From: Roseateles sp.
Lineage (GTDB): Bacteria > Pseudomonadota > Gammaproteobacteria > Burkholderiales > Burkholderiaceae_C
Direction of reading: 5' to 3'
Assembly: GCF_036486225.1 (NCBI RefSeq)
Contig: NZ_DASVNZ010000136.1
Location: 11,124-75,123, forward strand
DNA length: 64,000 bases
Shown: piece by piece, positions 8,938 through 18,948 of the stretch
Position numbering within the stretch: position 1 is the stretch's first letter
How the letters are laid out: each line of letters starts with the position of its first letter
Program-made: the position numbers and the translations under genes
The notes under the pieces: generated by a model
Database searches by the model: none
Told to the model about the DNA's origin: nothing
The model's input: only the letters and a program-made list of their open reading frames with translations

Positions 8938-9780
8938 TCAACCGTGCCCGAGGTTGAGCGTCAGGAAGACCAGCGCGTTGAGCGCGAAGTGCAGCAGGAT
9001 GGCCACCTCGATCCGACCGGACAGCGTGTAGGCCAGGCCGTAGCCGAGGCCGGCCAGCATGGCCAGCGCCACGTAGGCGGTCCCGCCGGCCGCGTGGGCC
9101 AGTCCGAAGAGCACGGCCGCCAGCAGGATGGGCAGCCAGCCGTTCATCGTGCGCAGGTCGGTGCCCAGCCGGCGTGCCAGCAGGCCCTGGATGACGCCGC
9201 GGAAGGCCACCTCCTCGGCGACGCAGGTCAGGAACAGGTTGGCCGCCAGGAACAGCCCGGCGTTGTCCGGCCAGCGCAGCGTCGGCCGGCCGATGCCGCC
9301 GATCGCGGCCACCAGCCAGGGCAGGGCGAGCGTCGCGACCAGCGCCGCCCCGAGTGCCCAGCCCGGCACGCCTTCCGAGCGTCTGCGCTGCTGCGACGCC
9401 AGCACCGCCAGCATCAGCATGCCGGCGACGCCCTTGTCGAAGTTCAGGTACTTGAGCGACGGCGGCCGGGCGTCGGAGGTCGTGGTCAGGTAGGTCGGAT
9501 TCAGGAACCCCGGCAGCATGTGCAGCGCCAGCGCGAAGCCGATCACCAGCATCAGCAGCATCAGCACCGCCTCGCGGCGCGGGCGGTGGCGGGCCTCGAT
9601 CGCCATCCAGGCCAGGGCGGCCAGCGCGGCCACCGGCACCATCGCGACGATCGTGAGCTGCCCGTGCACCAGCCCGGCGGTGACCGCCATGATCAGCAGG
9701 GACAGCCAGGGCCAGGGGGCGCGCACCGGCAGCAGGGTCGCGGCGATCGACAGGCACAGGAGCAGGTGGCTGAGCGGCAT
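8938..9780 (-). CDS. CPBP family intramembrane glutamic endopeptidase (CAAX protease-like)
   Basis: Track ORF 8938..9846 trimmed to MPLSHLLL.. at 9780 (start uncertain). Motifs EEVAFRG, FGLAH and HFALN in a polytopic membrane protein. Confidence 0.7.
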   Translation of the reverse strand: MPLSHLLLCLSIAATLLPVRAPWPWLSLLIMAVTAGLVHGQLTIVAMVPVAALAALAWMAIEARHRPRREAVLMLLMLVIGFALALHMLPGFLNPTYLTTTSDARPPSLKYLNFDKGVAGMLMLAVLASQQRRRSEGVPGWALGAALVATLALPWLVAAIGGIGRPTLRWPDNAGLFLAANLFLTCVAEEVAFRGVIQGLLARRLGTDLRTMNGWLPILLAAVLFGLAHAAGGTAYVALAMLAGLGYGLAYTLSGRIEVAILLHFALNALVFLTLNLGHG

Positions 9781-9953
9781 CGGGGTCAGGGGCGGAGTCG
9801 GGTTGTCAGAAGGCAATCGCGCCGCAGTATCCGCGAAGCGGCGCACCGGCCCCTTCCGGCTCCGTCGCCCGCACCATCGACCGCCTCGTCGCTCGCTCCG
9901 TCGGCGGTCCCGTTGCCCGGCGGCGGCGCCTCGCTGAGGTATCGTCCCGCCCC

Positions 9954-11411
9954 ATGCACGAGATGACTTTCTACTGGCACGACTACGAGACCTTCGGGCG
10001 GGTGCCGCGCCGCGACCGGCCGGCGCAGTTCGCCGGCATCCGCACCGATGCCGAGCTGAACGAGATCGGCGATCCGCTGATGGTGTATTGCCAGCCGCCC
10101 ACCGATTCGCTGCCCGATCCGGAGTCCTGTCTCCTGACCGGCATCCTCCCGCAGACCTGCGCCGAGCAGGGCGTGGCCGAGCACCGCTTCGCCGCCGACA
10201 TCCACGCCGAGCTGTCGCGGCCCGGCACGGTCGGGCTGGGCTACAACACGATCCGCTTCGACGACGAGGTCACGCGTTTCCTGTTCTGGCGCAACCTGAT
10301 CGATCCCTACGGGCGCGAATGGCAGAACGACTGCGGCCGCTGGGACCTGCTGGACGTCGTGCGCTGCGCCTACGCGCTGCGCCCGGAAGGCATCGAGTGG
10401 CCGAAGCACGAGGACGGCCGCCCGTCCTTCAAGCTCGAGCACCTGACCGCCGCCAACGGCCTGGCGCATGAGGCGGCGCACGATGCGCTGTCCGACGTGC
10501 GCGCGACGATCGCGCTGGCCCGGCTGATCAAGGAGAAGCAGCCTCGCCTGTGGGACTTCTGCCTGAAGCTGCGCCGCAAGGACGCGGTCTGGGCCGAGAT
10601 CGGCACGAACCGGCCCTTCCTGCATGTCTCCGGCATGTACGGCGTGGAGCGCGGCTGCATCGCGCTGGTCTGGCCGCTGGCGCCGCATCCGACCAACAAG
10701 AACGAGTTGATCGTCTGGGACCTGGGCAGCGATCCGGCGGAGCTGCTGGCGCTGGATGCGGAGGCCATCCGGTTGCGCATGTACACCAAGCAGGAGCTGC
10801 TGCCCGAGGGCGTGACGCGGCTGCCGATCAAGACCATCCACGTCAACAAGTCGCCGATCGTGATCTCGTCGATGAAGATCCTGTCGCCCGAGATGGCGGC
10901 CCGTTGGGGCCTGGACCTGGCGCAGGGGCAGGCGCACGCGCAGACACTGGCGGCGCGCGGCGGGGAGCTCTCGCGGCTCTGGTCGCAGGTGTTCCAGCGT
11001 CCGGCCGGCGAGGGCGGCGTGGATGTCGACGAGGACCTGTACGGCGGCTTCGTCTCGAACGAGGACCGCCGCTCGCTGGAGCGCCTGCGCGGCTTGTCGC
11101 CCCAGTCGCTGGCCGACCGCGTCGCGCAGGGCAAGGTCGCCTTCGAGGACGCGCGGCTGGAGGAGATCCTGTTCCGCTACCGCGCGCGCAACTTCCCCGA
11201 CAGCCTGACGGCGGACGAGCAGGCGCGCTGGGAACAGCACCGCACCGCCCGCCTGTACGGCGGCGAGGGCGGGGCGCAGACGCTGGAAGCCTTCTTCGAA
11301 CGCATCGATACCCTGGCCCAGGCGGCCGAGGAATCGGAGGACGAGCGCGCCAGCGACATCCTGTCCGCGCTCTATGAATGGGCTGAACAAATCGCACCGC
11401 CGCCCCCCTGA
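9954..11411 (+). CDS. sbcB: exodeoxyribonuclease I
   Basis: 485 aa. N-terminal FYWHDYETFG DEDDh exonuclease motif, HEAAHDALSDV motif, length typical of SbcB. Confidence 0.9.
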   Translation: MHEMTFYWHDYETFGRVPRRDRPAQFAGIRTDAELNEIGDPLMVYCQPPTDSLPDPESCLLTGILPQTCAEQGVAEHRFAADIHAELSRPGTVGLGYNTIRFDDEVTRFLFWRNLIDPYGREWQNDCGRWDLLDVVRCAYALRPEGIEWPKHEDGRPSFKLEHLTAANGLAHEAAHDALSDVRATIALARLIKEKQPRLWDFCLKLRRKDAVWAEIGTNRPFLHVSGMYGVERGCIALVWPLAPHPTNKNELIVWDLGSDPAELLALDAEAIRLRMYTKQELLPEGVTRLPIKTIHVNKSPIVISSMKILSPEMAARWGLDLAQGQAHAQTLAARGGELSRLWSQVFQRPAGEGGVDVDEDLYGGFVSNEDRRSLERLRGLSPQSLADRVAQGKVAFEDARLEEILFRYRARNFPDSLTADEQARWEQHRTARLYGGEGGAQTLEAFFERIDTLAQAAEESEDERASDILSALYEWAEQIAPPPP

Positions 11412-11512
11412 AAGCGGGTCCAGCGGCTGACGAGGCCCGGGAACCGGGTCCTTTCCGGGCTTTCCAGGATGGGGCAAAACGGGTACACCTTCGGGATACG
11501 CCAGGAGACGAC

Positions 11513-12442
11513 ATGCAATCCCAACACGACGCCGCCGATCCGAACGCCGCCCGCATGCGGGCGATGCTGGTGCGGGCGCCGCTGGCCGTGGCCTTCGTGG
11601 CCGCCGGCCGCTTCGAGGTGGTCAGCGAGCACTTCAACCACCTGTTCGGCCACGGGGACGAGACCGACCTGACCGGCACCGACCAGCGCGCCTCGGTGGT
11701 GTCGGACTCGGCGCACCAGGCGCTGCAGGCCCGCATGGGCAGTGCCTTCGGCGCGGGGCGGCCGCTGGACGAGGAAGTGGAGTTCGTCCGCCGCGACGGC
11801 TCGCGCTTCTGGGGCCGGCTGCAGGCGACGCCCGTGCATTGGGAACAGCCCGCGGGCGAGTCGATGTGGATCCTCGAGGACGTCACCGCCGCCCGCCAGC
11901 AACGGCTGCAGCCGACCTGGTCGGCCAAGCACGACGACATCACCGAACTCGCCAACCGCCGCGAAATCGAACGCCGGCTGGCCGAACACGTCGGCAGCCG
12001 CCGGCATGAGCCGGTGTCGGTGCTGTTCGTCGACATCGACAAGTTCAGCGAGATCCAGCAGGGCATGGGGGCGGAGGTCGCCGACCACTTCCTGTACGGA
12101 CTCGGTCAGATGCTCATCACCAAGGTGCGGGCCTCCGACACCGTCGCGCGGCTGGAGGGCGACCACTTCGTCGTGCTGCTGCCGGACTGCGACCAGCATT
12201 ACGCCCAGATCGTCGCGGAGAAGATCCGCTCGTCCATCGCCGGCTACCGGCTGCGCTGGGGCCTGCACCGGGCTCGCGTGAAGGCGAGCCTGGGGGTGGT
12301 GCAGCTGCAGACCTCGCTGGATACCGTGGATGCGGTGCTCGGCGCGGGGCAGTTGGCCTGCACCGAGGCCAAAGCCGCTGGCGGGGATTCGGTCCGCGTG
12401 TTCATCTCGAGCGGGAGCTACGAGGAGTTGGCCGGGGCGTGA
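11513..12442 (+). CDS. PAS-like sensor / GGDEF-domain protein with degenerate active site (EGDHF)
   Basis: 309 aa. PAS-like N-half (VEFVRRDGSRFWGRLQATPV). GGDEF-fold C-half (DDITELANRREIERRL, SVLFVDIDKFSEI). A-site reads LEGDHF, and RASD lies 5 residues upstream. Confidence 0.75.
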   Translation: MQSQHDAADPNAARMRAMLVRAPLAVAFVAAGRFEVVSEHFNHLFGHGDETDLTGTDQRASVVSDSAHQALQARMGSAFGAGRPLDEEVEFVRRDGSRFWGRLQATPVHWEQPAGESMWILEDVTAARQQRLQPTWSAKHDDITELANRREIERRLAEHVGSRRHEPVSVLFVDIDKFSEIQQGMGAEVADHFLYGLGQMLITKVRASDTVARLEGDHFVVLLPDCDQHYAQIVAEKIRSSIAGYRLRWGLHRARVKASLGVVQLQTSLDTVDAVLGAGQLACTEAKAAGGDSVRVFISSGSYEELAGA

Positions 12443-12477
12443 GGCCCCCGACTTCGCAACGCCAGGCGCGGCCCATC

Positions 12478-12517
12478 ACAGGGCATGAGGGCTCCCTCCA
12501 GGACCCTCATGCCCTGT
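12478..12517. terminator. perfect 14-bp-arm inverted repeat between convergent genes (probable bidirectional terminator hairpin)
   Basis: ACAGGGCATGAGGG - 12 nt - CCCTCATGCCCTGT, arms verified as exact reverse complements. No U-tract. Flanked by direct repeats GGCCCATCA at 12470..12478 and 12522..12530. Confidence 0.5.
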
Positions 12518-12581
12518 TCCGGGCCCATCAGCACCGATGCCCTCGTGAGAGGGCTGGTGGTGATCGTGAGCTCGGTCGGGC

Positions 12582-14831
12582 TCAGTACTCGAACGAGGCG
12601 TTCACGCTGACCGTGCGCGGCGAACCGAGCACCAGGTAGCCGCTGTTCGGGAAACCTCCCGAGGACGCCCAGTAGTTGCGGTCCGCGACGTTGTCGACGC
12701 GAGCGCGCAAGGTGACCAGGTGACCGCGGACGTCCATCGCGTAACGCGCACCGACGTCCACGCGGCCCCAGCCCGGCACGCTCAGCGTGTTCGTGGCATT
12801 GGCATAGACGCTGCCGGTGGCGATCACGCGGGCGTCTAGGGTCAGGCCTTGCACACCCGGCACGTTCCATTCGGTGCCCAGGTTCAGCATCGTGCGCGGC
12901 ACGCCGATGACGCGCTTGCCCTCGGTATTGGCGACGCCGGTGCTCTTCTGCTCGGCGTCCAGCCAGGTCAGGCCGCCCAGCAGCTTCAGCCCGGCCATCG
13001 GTTCGCCGAAGGCGGTCAGCTCGATGCCCTGGTGGCGGTCCTCGCCCTGGGCCTCGAAGCCCAGCGTGCTCGTCACCACCCCGCGCGGCTTGGCCGTCGA
13101 GAAGAACGCGAGCCCGCCGCCCACGCGCCCGGCATCGACCTTCAGTCCGACTTCCTTCTGCTTGGACAGGTAGGGATCCAGCACCTTGCCGATCGCCGCG
13201 GTCGCGGTCGACGGCGCCGAGTCGCCCTGCGTCAGCCCCTCGATGTAGTTGCCGTAGACCGACAGCCACTTGCTGAACTTGAACACGACGCCGCCCATCG
13301 GGCTGGTCTTGCTGCGGTCGTAAGGCGCGCCCGGCGCGCCGGTGTTGTAGGCGTAGGTCCGCAGGTCCAGCGACTGGTGACGTGCGCCCAGCGTCACGCG
13401 CAGCGCGTCGTCCAGCATCACCAGCGTGTCGGCGACGGCGAGGCTGCGCAGGCGGGTCATGCCGGTGGTGGCGGGATCCTCCAGCCGGTTGCTGATCGAG
13501 ATCAGCGCGGGCAGCGGCGCCGAGCCCTCGCCGTACAGGTTGGTCGGGATCAGGCGCGGCGTCGCGGCGGTCGTGGAGACACCGAAGGCGGCGCGCTTGT
13601 CGAGCCGGAAGGCGTTCGCCGACACCACCAGCTCATGCTTCACCGGACCGGTGGTCAGCAGGCCCCGCAGGCCGACCTCGCCGGTGCGGACCCGGTCCTC
13701 GCGGGTGTTGTCGAAGCGGGAGGTCGTGCCCGCGCCGGTCGTGCTGTTGGTCAGCGTCAGGTTGGCCAGCGAGTTGGCCTCGTCGCTGCTGCGCGCGCCG
13801 GCGGCGAACCACGCGGTCCAGCCCGTTCCCAGCCAGCGGTCGAGGTCGACCTCGCCGCGCAGCGTGCCGAACAGGTCGCGCTCGTTGGAGTAGGTCCACG
13901 GCTGCGCCCAGTTGGACTCGCTGTCCGGCGCGGCCGGCACGGCGGTGGCGGTCGCGCCCAGCGTGACGTTGGTGCGGGTGCGCTTGAGCTTGTGGTCCTG
14001 GTAACCGACGTCGGCGGACAGGCGCACGTCGCGGGCGCGCCAGTCCAGGCCGACGGAGGCCATGCCGAGGTTGACGCTTTCCTTGTCCACGCTGGTGTCC
14101 CCGGCGCGCGAGGCCAGGTTTACGCGCACGCCGGTGGCGTTGTCCGGACCGAAGCGTCGGGCGACGTCGACCGCCAGGATGGTCTGCCCGCCGCTGGCCG
14201 TGCCGACGGTCATCTGGGTCAGCGGCTGGCTGGGCGCGCGCTTGGGCAGCAGGTTGATGGAGCCGCCGATGGCGTCGCTGTTGGGCGTCGAGCCGTTGAG
14301 GAAGGCCGAGGCACCGCGCAGCACCTCGACGCGCTCGAAGAGCTCGGCCGAGATGTACTGGCGCGGCAGCAGGCCGTACAGGCCGTTGTAGGCGACGCTG
14401 TCGGAGTTCAGGATGAAGCCGCGGATGAAGTAGCTCTCCTGGAAGTTGCCGAAGCCCCGCGCCAGGCGCACGCCGGGGTCGTTGAGCAGCACGTCGCCGA
14501 CGCTGTGGGCCTGCGTGTTCTGGATCAGCTCGTTGGTGTAGGACGTGGTGCTGAACGGCGTGCTCATGATGTCCTGGTTGCCCAGCAGGCCGACCCGGCC
14601 GCCGCGCGCCACCTGGCCGCCGGCGTAGGACTTGATCAGACCGCCGCGGGACGCGTCCGCGCTGGCCTCGACGACGACTTTCTGAAGTTGCGTCGTGGCC
14701 GCTCCAGACGCCGCCGAAGCCGCCGCCTCGGGGGCCTGCGGGGCCGACTGGGCGAAGGCGCCGCCGTGCAGCGCGGCGGTCAGGGCGAGCGCCAGCGGCG
14801 CGAGGGCGGGTCGGAAAACAGCAGACGACAT
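12582..14831 (-). CDS. TonB-dependent outer-membrane receptor (siderophore-type)
   Basis: 749 aa with signal peptide. Plug-domain motifs (QKVVVEA.., RVEVLRGASAFLNG). Long beta-barrel ending ..VSVNASFEY. Confidence 0.85.
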   Translation of the reverse strand: MSSAVFRPALAPLALALTAALHGGAFAQSAPQAPEAAASAASGAATTQLQKVVVEASADASRGGLIKSYAGGQVARGGRVGLLGNQDIMSTPFSTTSYTNELIQNTQAHSVGDVLLNDPGVRLARGFGNFQESYFIRGFILNSDSVAYNGLYGLLPRQYISAELFERVEVLRGASAFLNGSTPNSDAIGGSINLLPKRAPSQPLTQMTVGTASGGQTILAVDVARRFGPDNATGVRVNLASRAGDTSVDKESVNLGMASVGLDWRARDVRLSADVGYQDHKLKRTRTNVTLGATATAVPAAPDSESNWAQPWTYSNERDLFGTLRGEVDLDRWLGTGWTAWFAAGARSSDEANSLANLTLTNSTTGAGTTSRFDNTREDRVRTGEVGLRGLLTTGPVKHELVVSANAFRLDKRAAFGVSTTAATPRLIPTNLYGEGSAPLPALISISNRLEDPATTGMTRLRSLAVADTLVMLDDALRVTLGARHQSLDLRTYAYNTGAPGAPYDRSKTSPMGGVVFKFSKWLSVYGNYIEGLTQGDSAPSTATAAIGKVLDPYLSKQKEVGLKVDAGRVGGGLAFFSTAKPRGVVTSTLGFEAQGEDRHQGIELTAFGEPMAGLKLLGGLTWLDAEQKSTGVANTEGKRVIGVPRTMLNLGTEWNVPGVQGLTLDARVIATGSVYANATNTLSVPGWGRVDVGARYAMDVRGHLVTLRARVDNVADRNYWASSGGFPNSGYLVLGSPRTVSVNASFEY

Positions 14832-14851
14832 GACGATGAGAAGAGTTCGCA

Positions 14852-14873
14852 GATAAGAATGTTTCGCATTATC
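14852..14873 (-). promoter_or_regulatory. Fur-box-like sequence upstream of the TonB-dependent receptor
   Basis: Gene-sense GATAATGCGAAACATTCTTATC, compared with consensus GATAATGATAATCATTATC. The half-sites match but spacing is 3 nt longer. Lies 21-42 nt upstream of the ATG at 14831. Confidence 0.4.
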
Positions 14874-15066
14874 CGGAGGCCCTGTGTCTGCCCGCTGCGG
14901 TCGTCACGTAGGGCGCTGAAAACACCCCTTCCGAGGTAGGTCGGCGGGGCGTTTGGTGGCCGAATCGCCCCGCGATGGGGCGTTGGCGTCGTTTTCAGGG
15001 GAAACCCGACCATTTCCCGATCCAGAAAAAAGCGCCGGAAATTCGTTTCTTTTCTGAAGATCGCCC

Positions 15067-15093
15067 TAAAGATCGGCTGGAAAGTGCCGATGA
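15067..15093 (+). promoter_or_regulatory. sigma-28 (FliA)-type promoter
   Basis: TAAA (15067-15070), exactly 15 nt, then GCCGATGA (15086-15093), against consensus TAAA-N15-GCCGATAA. About 48 nt upstream of the ATG at 15141. Confidence 0.55.
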
Positions 15094-15140
15094 CGGCGGG
15101 ATGCCTGGTCGCTTGAGTCCGGGAACCTGGGAATAAAGCC

Positions 15141-15446
15141 ATGTCCAACGTCAGCCTGTCGACCGCCTTGTCCGGCATGTCCGCCGCCAACGAGCGCCTG
15201 CGCGCGTCGGCCAACAACGTCGCCAACGCCGCCACGCCGGGCTACCGCCGCGAGCGGATCGAGGCCCAGACGGCCGAGGACGGCAACGGCGTCACGACCA
15301 AGGTCGAGAAGCTGCCGGAACCGGGCGCCGACCTGGCGGCGGACATCGTCGAGCAGAAGTCGGCGACCTACGCCTTCGTCGGCAACCTGCGGGTGCTGCA
15401 GACGCAGATCCGGGCCGAGGGCGCGCTGCTCGACATCCACGTCTGA
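15141..15446 (+). CDS. small flagellar basal-body rod-like protein (only the N- and C-terminal rod helices)
   Basis: 101 aa. N-terminal ALSGMSAANERLRASANNVANAATPGYRR matches the rod-protein signature (..N-[IV]-A-N..T.GY[KR]). C-terminal DLAADIVEQKSATYAFVGNLRVLQTQ resembles the rod C-terminal helix. Confidence 0.65.
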   Translation: MSNVSLSTALSGMSAANERLRASANNVANAATPGYRRERIEAQTAEDGNGVTTKVEKLPEPGADLAADIVEQKSATYAFVGNLRVLQTQIRAEGALLDIHV

Positions 15447-15513
15447 GCGATCGCTCCCAATGACAAACGGCCGCTTCGAGCGGCCGTTGTCGTTTCTGGA
15501 GCGAGGGCCCCGT

Positions 15514-17493
<1,980 letters not shown>

Positions 17494-17498
17494 CGGGA

Positions 17499-18014
17499 TC
17501 AGGCCCAGTCGGTGCCGGCGACCAGCACGGCGATCGCGCGCTGGAAGCCTTCGGCGTCGATCGCGTCGAAGCGCGCGGGTTCCGGGCTGTCGAGGTCGAA
17601 GACGCCGCGCAGCGCGCCGCCGGCGACGATGGGCAGCACCAGTTCCGACCGCGAGGCCGCATCGCAGGCGATGTGGCCGGGGAAGGCGTGCACGTCCTCG
17701 ACCAGCTGGACTTCCTGCGTCCGCGCGCAGGCGCCGCAGACGCCGCGGTTGAAGGCGATGCGCACGCAGGCGACCTTGCCCTGGAACGGGCCGAGCACGA
17801 GCTCCTGGTCGTCCTTCGGATTCACGAGGTAGAAGCCGGCCCAGTTCAGCGTCGGGACGGCGTTGAAGACCAGCGCGGAGAACTGCGCCAGGTTGGCGAG
17901 CCAGTCGCGCTCGCCGTGCAGCAGGGCCTGGGTCTGGGCGACCAGCGTGTCGTACGAGGCGCGCTTGGCCTCGGCGCTGGACATGTCCAGCAGCGGAGTG
18001 GGTTCGAAGCTCAT
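17499..18014 (-). CDS. msrC: GAF-domain free methionine-(R)-sulfoxide reductase
   Basis: Trimmed to MSFEPTPLL.. at 18014. Core GPFQGKVACVRIAFNRGVCGACAR..VEDVHAFPGHIACDAASRSELVLPIV closely matches the YebR/fRMsr pattern including its Cys residues. The ATG overlaps the sigma-gene stop (ATGA). Confidence 0.8.
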   Translation of the reverse strand: MSFEPTPLLDMSSAEAKRASYDTLVAQTQALLHGERDWLANLAQFSALVFNAVPTLNWAGFYLVNPKDDQELVLGPFQGKVACVRIAFNRGVCGACARTQEVQLVEDVHAFPGHIACDAASRSELVLPIVAGGALRGVFDLDSPEPARFDAIDAEGFQRAIAVLVAGTDWA

Positions 18015-18826
18015 GGGGCGGGATTGTGGCTGAGGTCCCGCTCGTTCCGTACGCCCAGCGGCAGCACGCACAAGGTGACCCCGTCGAGCGTGAGCACCAG
18101 GCCGAGCTGCCCGCCGACCTGCACGACGCCGGAGGCGGTGCCGCTCGAAGCGGTTTCGGGGAAGGAGGACGGGGCGGGGGCGCCGGCGACCGGGGACCTC
18201 GCCGCCATCGCGCGGATCGGCGGCTGCCGGAGCATCGCCCAGAGAGCGCGCGGATCGCGCAGGCGCAGGCCGTCGAGGTACTGGCGGAAGACGGGGTCCT
18301 CGGCCGCATCGGGGGCGGCGTCGGATGGGGTGATGGCCGCCTGACGCAGCCGTGCCAGTGCGCGGCGCAGACGCTGGCGGCTGGCGGCCTCGGACTGCCC
18401 GGTGGCGTGTGCGATCTCCGCATGTTCGATCTCGAACACCTCATGCAGGAGGAGGGCGGCACCGTCCATCGGCGTCAGGTGCGAGGCCATCAGCCGCAGC
18501 GCCTGCGCGACTTCTTCCGCCAGCGTCGCCACCAGCTCGGCCGAAGGTGCCGCGATGGACGCCGATGCCGGCGCCTGAGCGTGGGTCGCCTCCAGCCACT
18601 GCCGCATCCAGTCACGCCGCCGCAGGCGATCGATCGCCAGATGGCGCACGACGGTGAGCAGCCAGGCCTGGGCGGCGTTCAGCCCCGTCGGGGCGGTCTC
18701 CAGCGCGCGGACGTAGGCATCCTGCACCGCGTCTTCGGCGTCGGCCGGGCCCAGCAGGCGGGCGGCCGCGCGGACCAGGCCGCGGTGGTCGGCATCCAGG
18801 AGGGGGCGGGCGCTGTCGTCGTGCAT
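18011..18826 (-). CDS. ECF-type RNA polymerase sigma factor with fused C-terminal extension (ECF41-like)
   Basis: 271 aa. Region 2 (DAVQDAYVRALE, WLLTVVRHLAIDRLRRR), region 4 (LLLHEVFEIEHAEIAHATGQSEAASRQRLRRALARLR), then about 90 aa more (..VVQVGGQLGLVLTLDGVTLCVLPLGV..). No anti-sigma gene is adjacent. Confidence 0.8.
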   Translation of the reverse strand: MHDDSARPLLDADHRGLVRAAARLLGPADAEDAVQDAYVRALETAPTGLNAAQAWLLTVVRHLAIDRLRRRDWMRQWLEATHAQAPASASIAAPSAELVATLAEEVAQALRLMASHLTPMDGAALLLHEVFEIEHAEIAHATGQSEAASRQRLRRALARLRQAAITPSDAAPDAAEDPVFRQYLDGLRLRDPRALWAMLRQPPIRAMAARSPVAGAPAPSSFPETASSGTASGVVQVGGQLGLVLTLDGVTLCVLPLGVRNERDLSHNPAP

Positions 18827-18888
18827 GGGGCGAGCTTGCCACAGGCCATCGGTGCCGCGACCGGGCGTGATGCCGCCGCGGGCGCCGG

Positions 18889-18915
18889 TGTCACGCGACG
18901 CAGGTCCCGTTCGTC
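18889..18915 (+). promoter_or_regulatory. ECF41-type promoter motif TGTCACG-N16-CGTC
   Basis: TGTCACG at 18889-18895, a 16-nt spacer counted base by base, CGTC at 18912-18915. Oriented toward the ClpP-like gene, whose ATG is 18949. The published ECF41 motif is TGTCACA-N16-CGTC. Confidence 0.5.
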
Positions 18916-18948
18916 AAGACATCACTTCAACCACGAGGACCCGCCCCC

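Noticed and set aside
7315-9966. 883-aa plus-strand ORF, and similar ORFs at 12849..14939, 15460..17832, 60531..62630, 31150..33027, 28396..30252, 9786..11477, 40318..41085 and 53521..55047
   Set aside because: All are opposite or out of frame to genes with clear family motifs, and all have the Arg/Gly/Pro/His-rich composition typical of GC-driven artefacts.
17494-18462. N-terminal 323 codons of the 982-aa track ORF 15514..18462
   Set aside because: This part is out of frame over msrC and the sigma gene. The CpdB signal peptide begins at the ATG at 17493.
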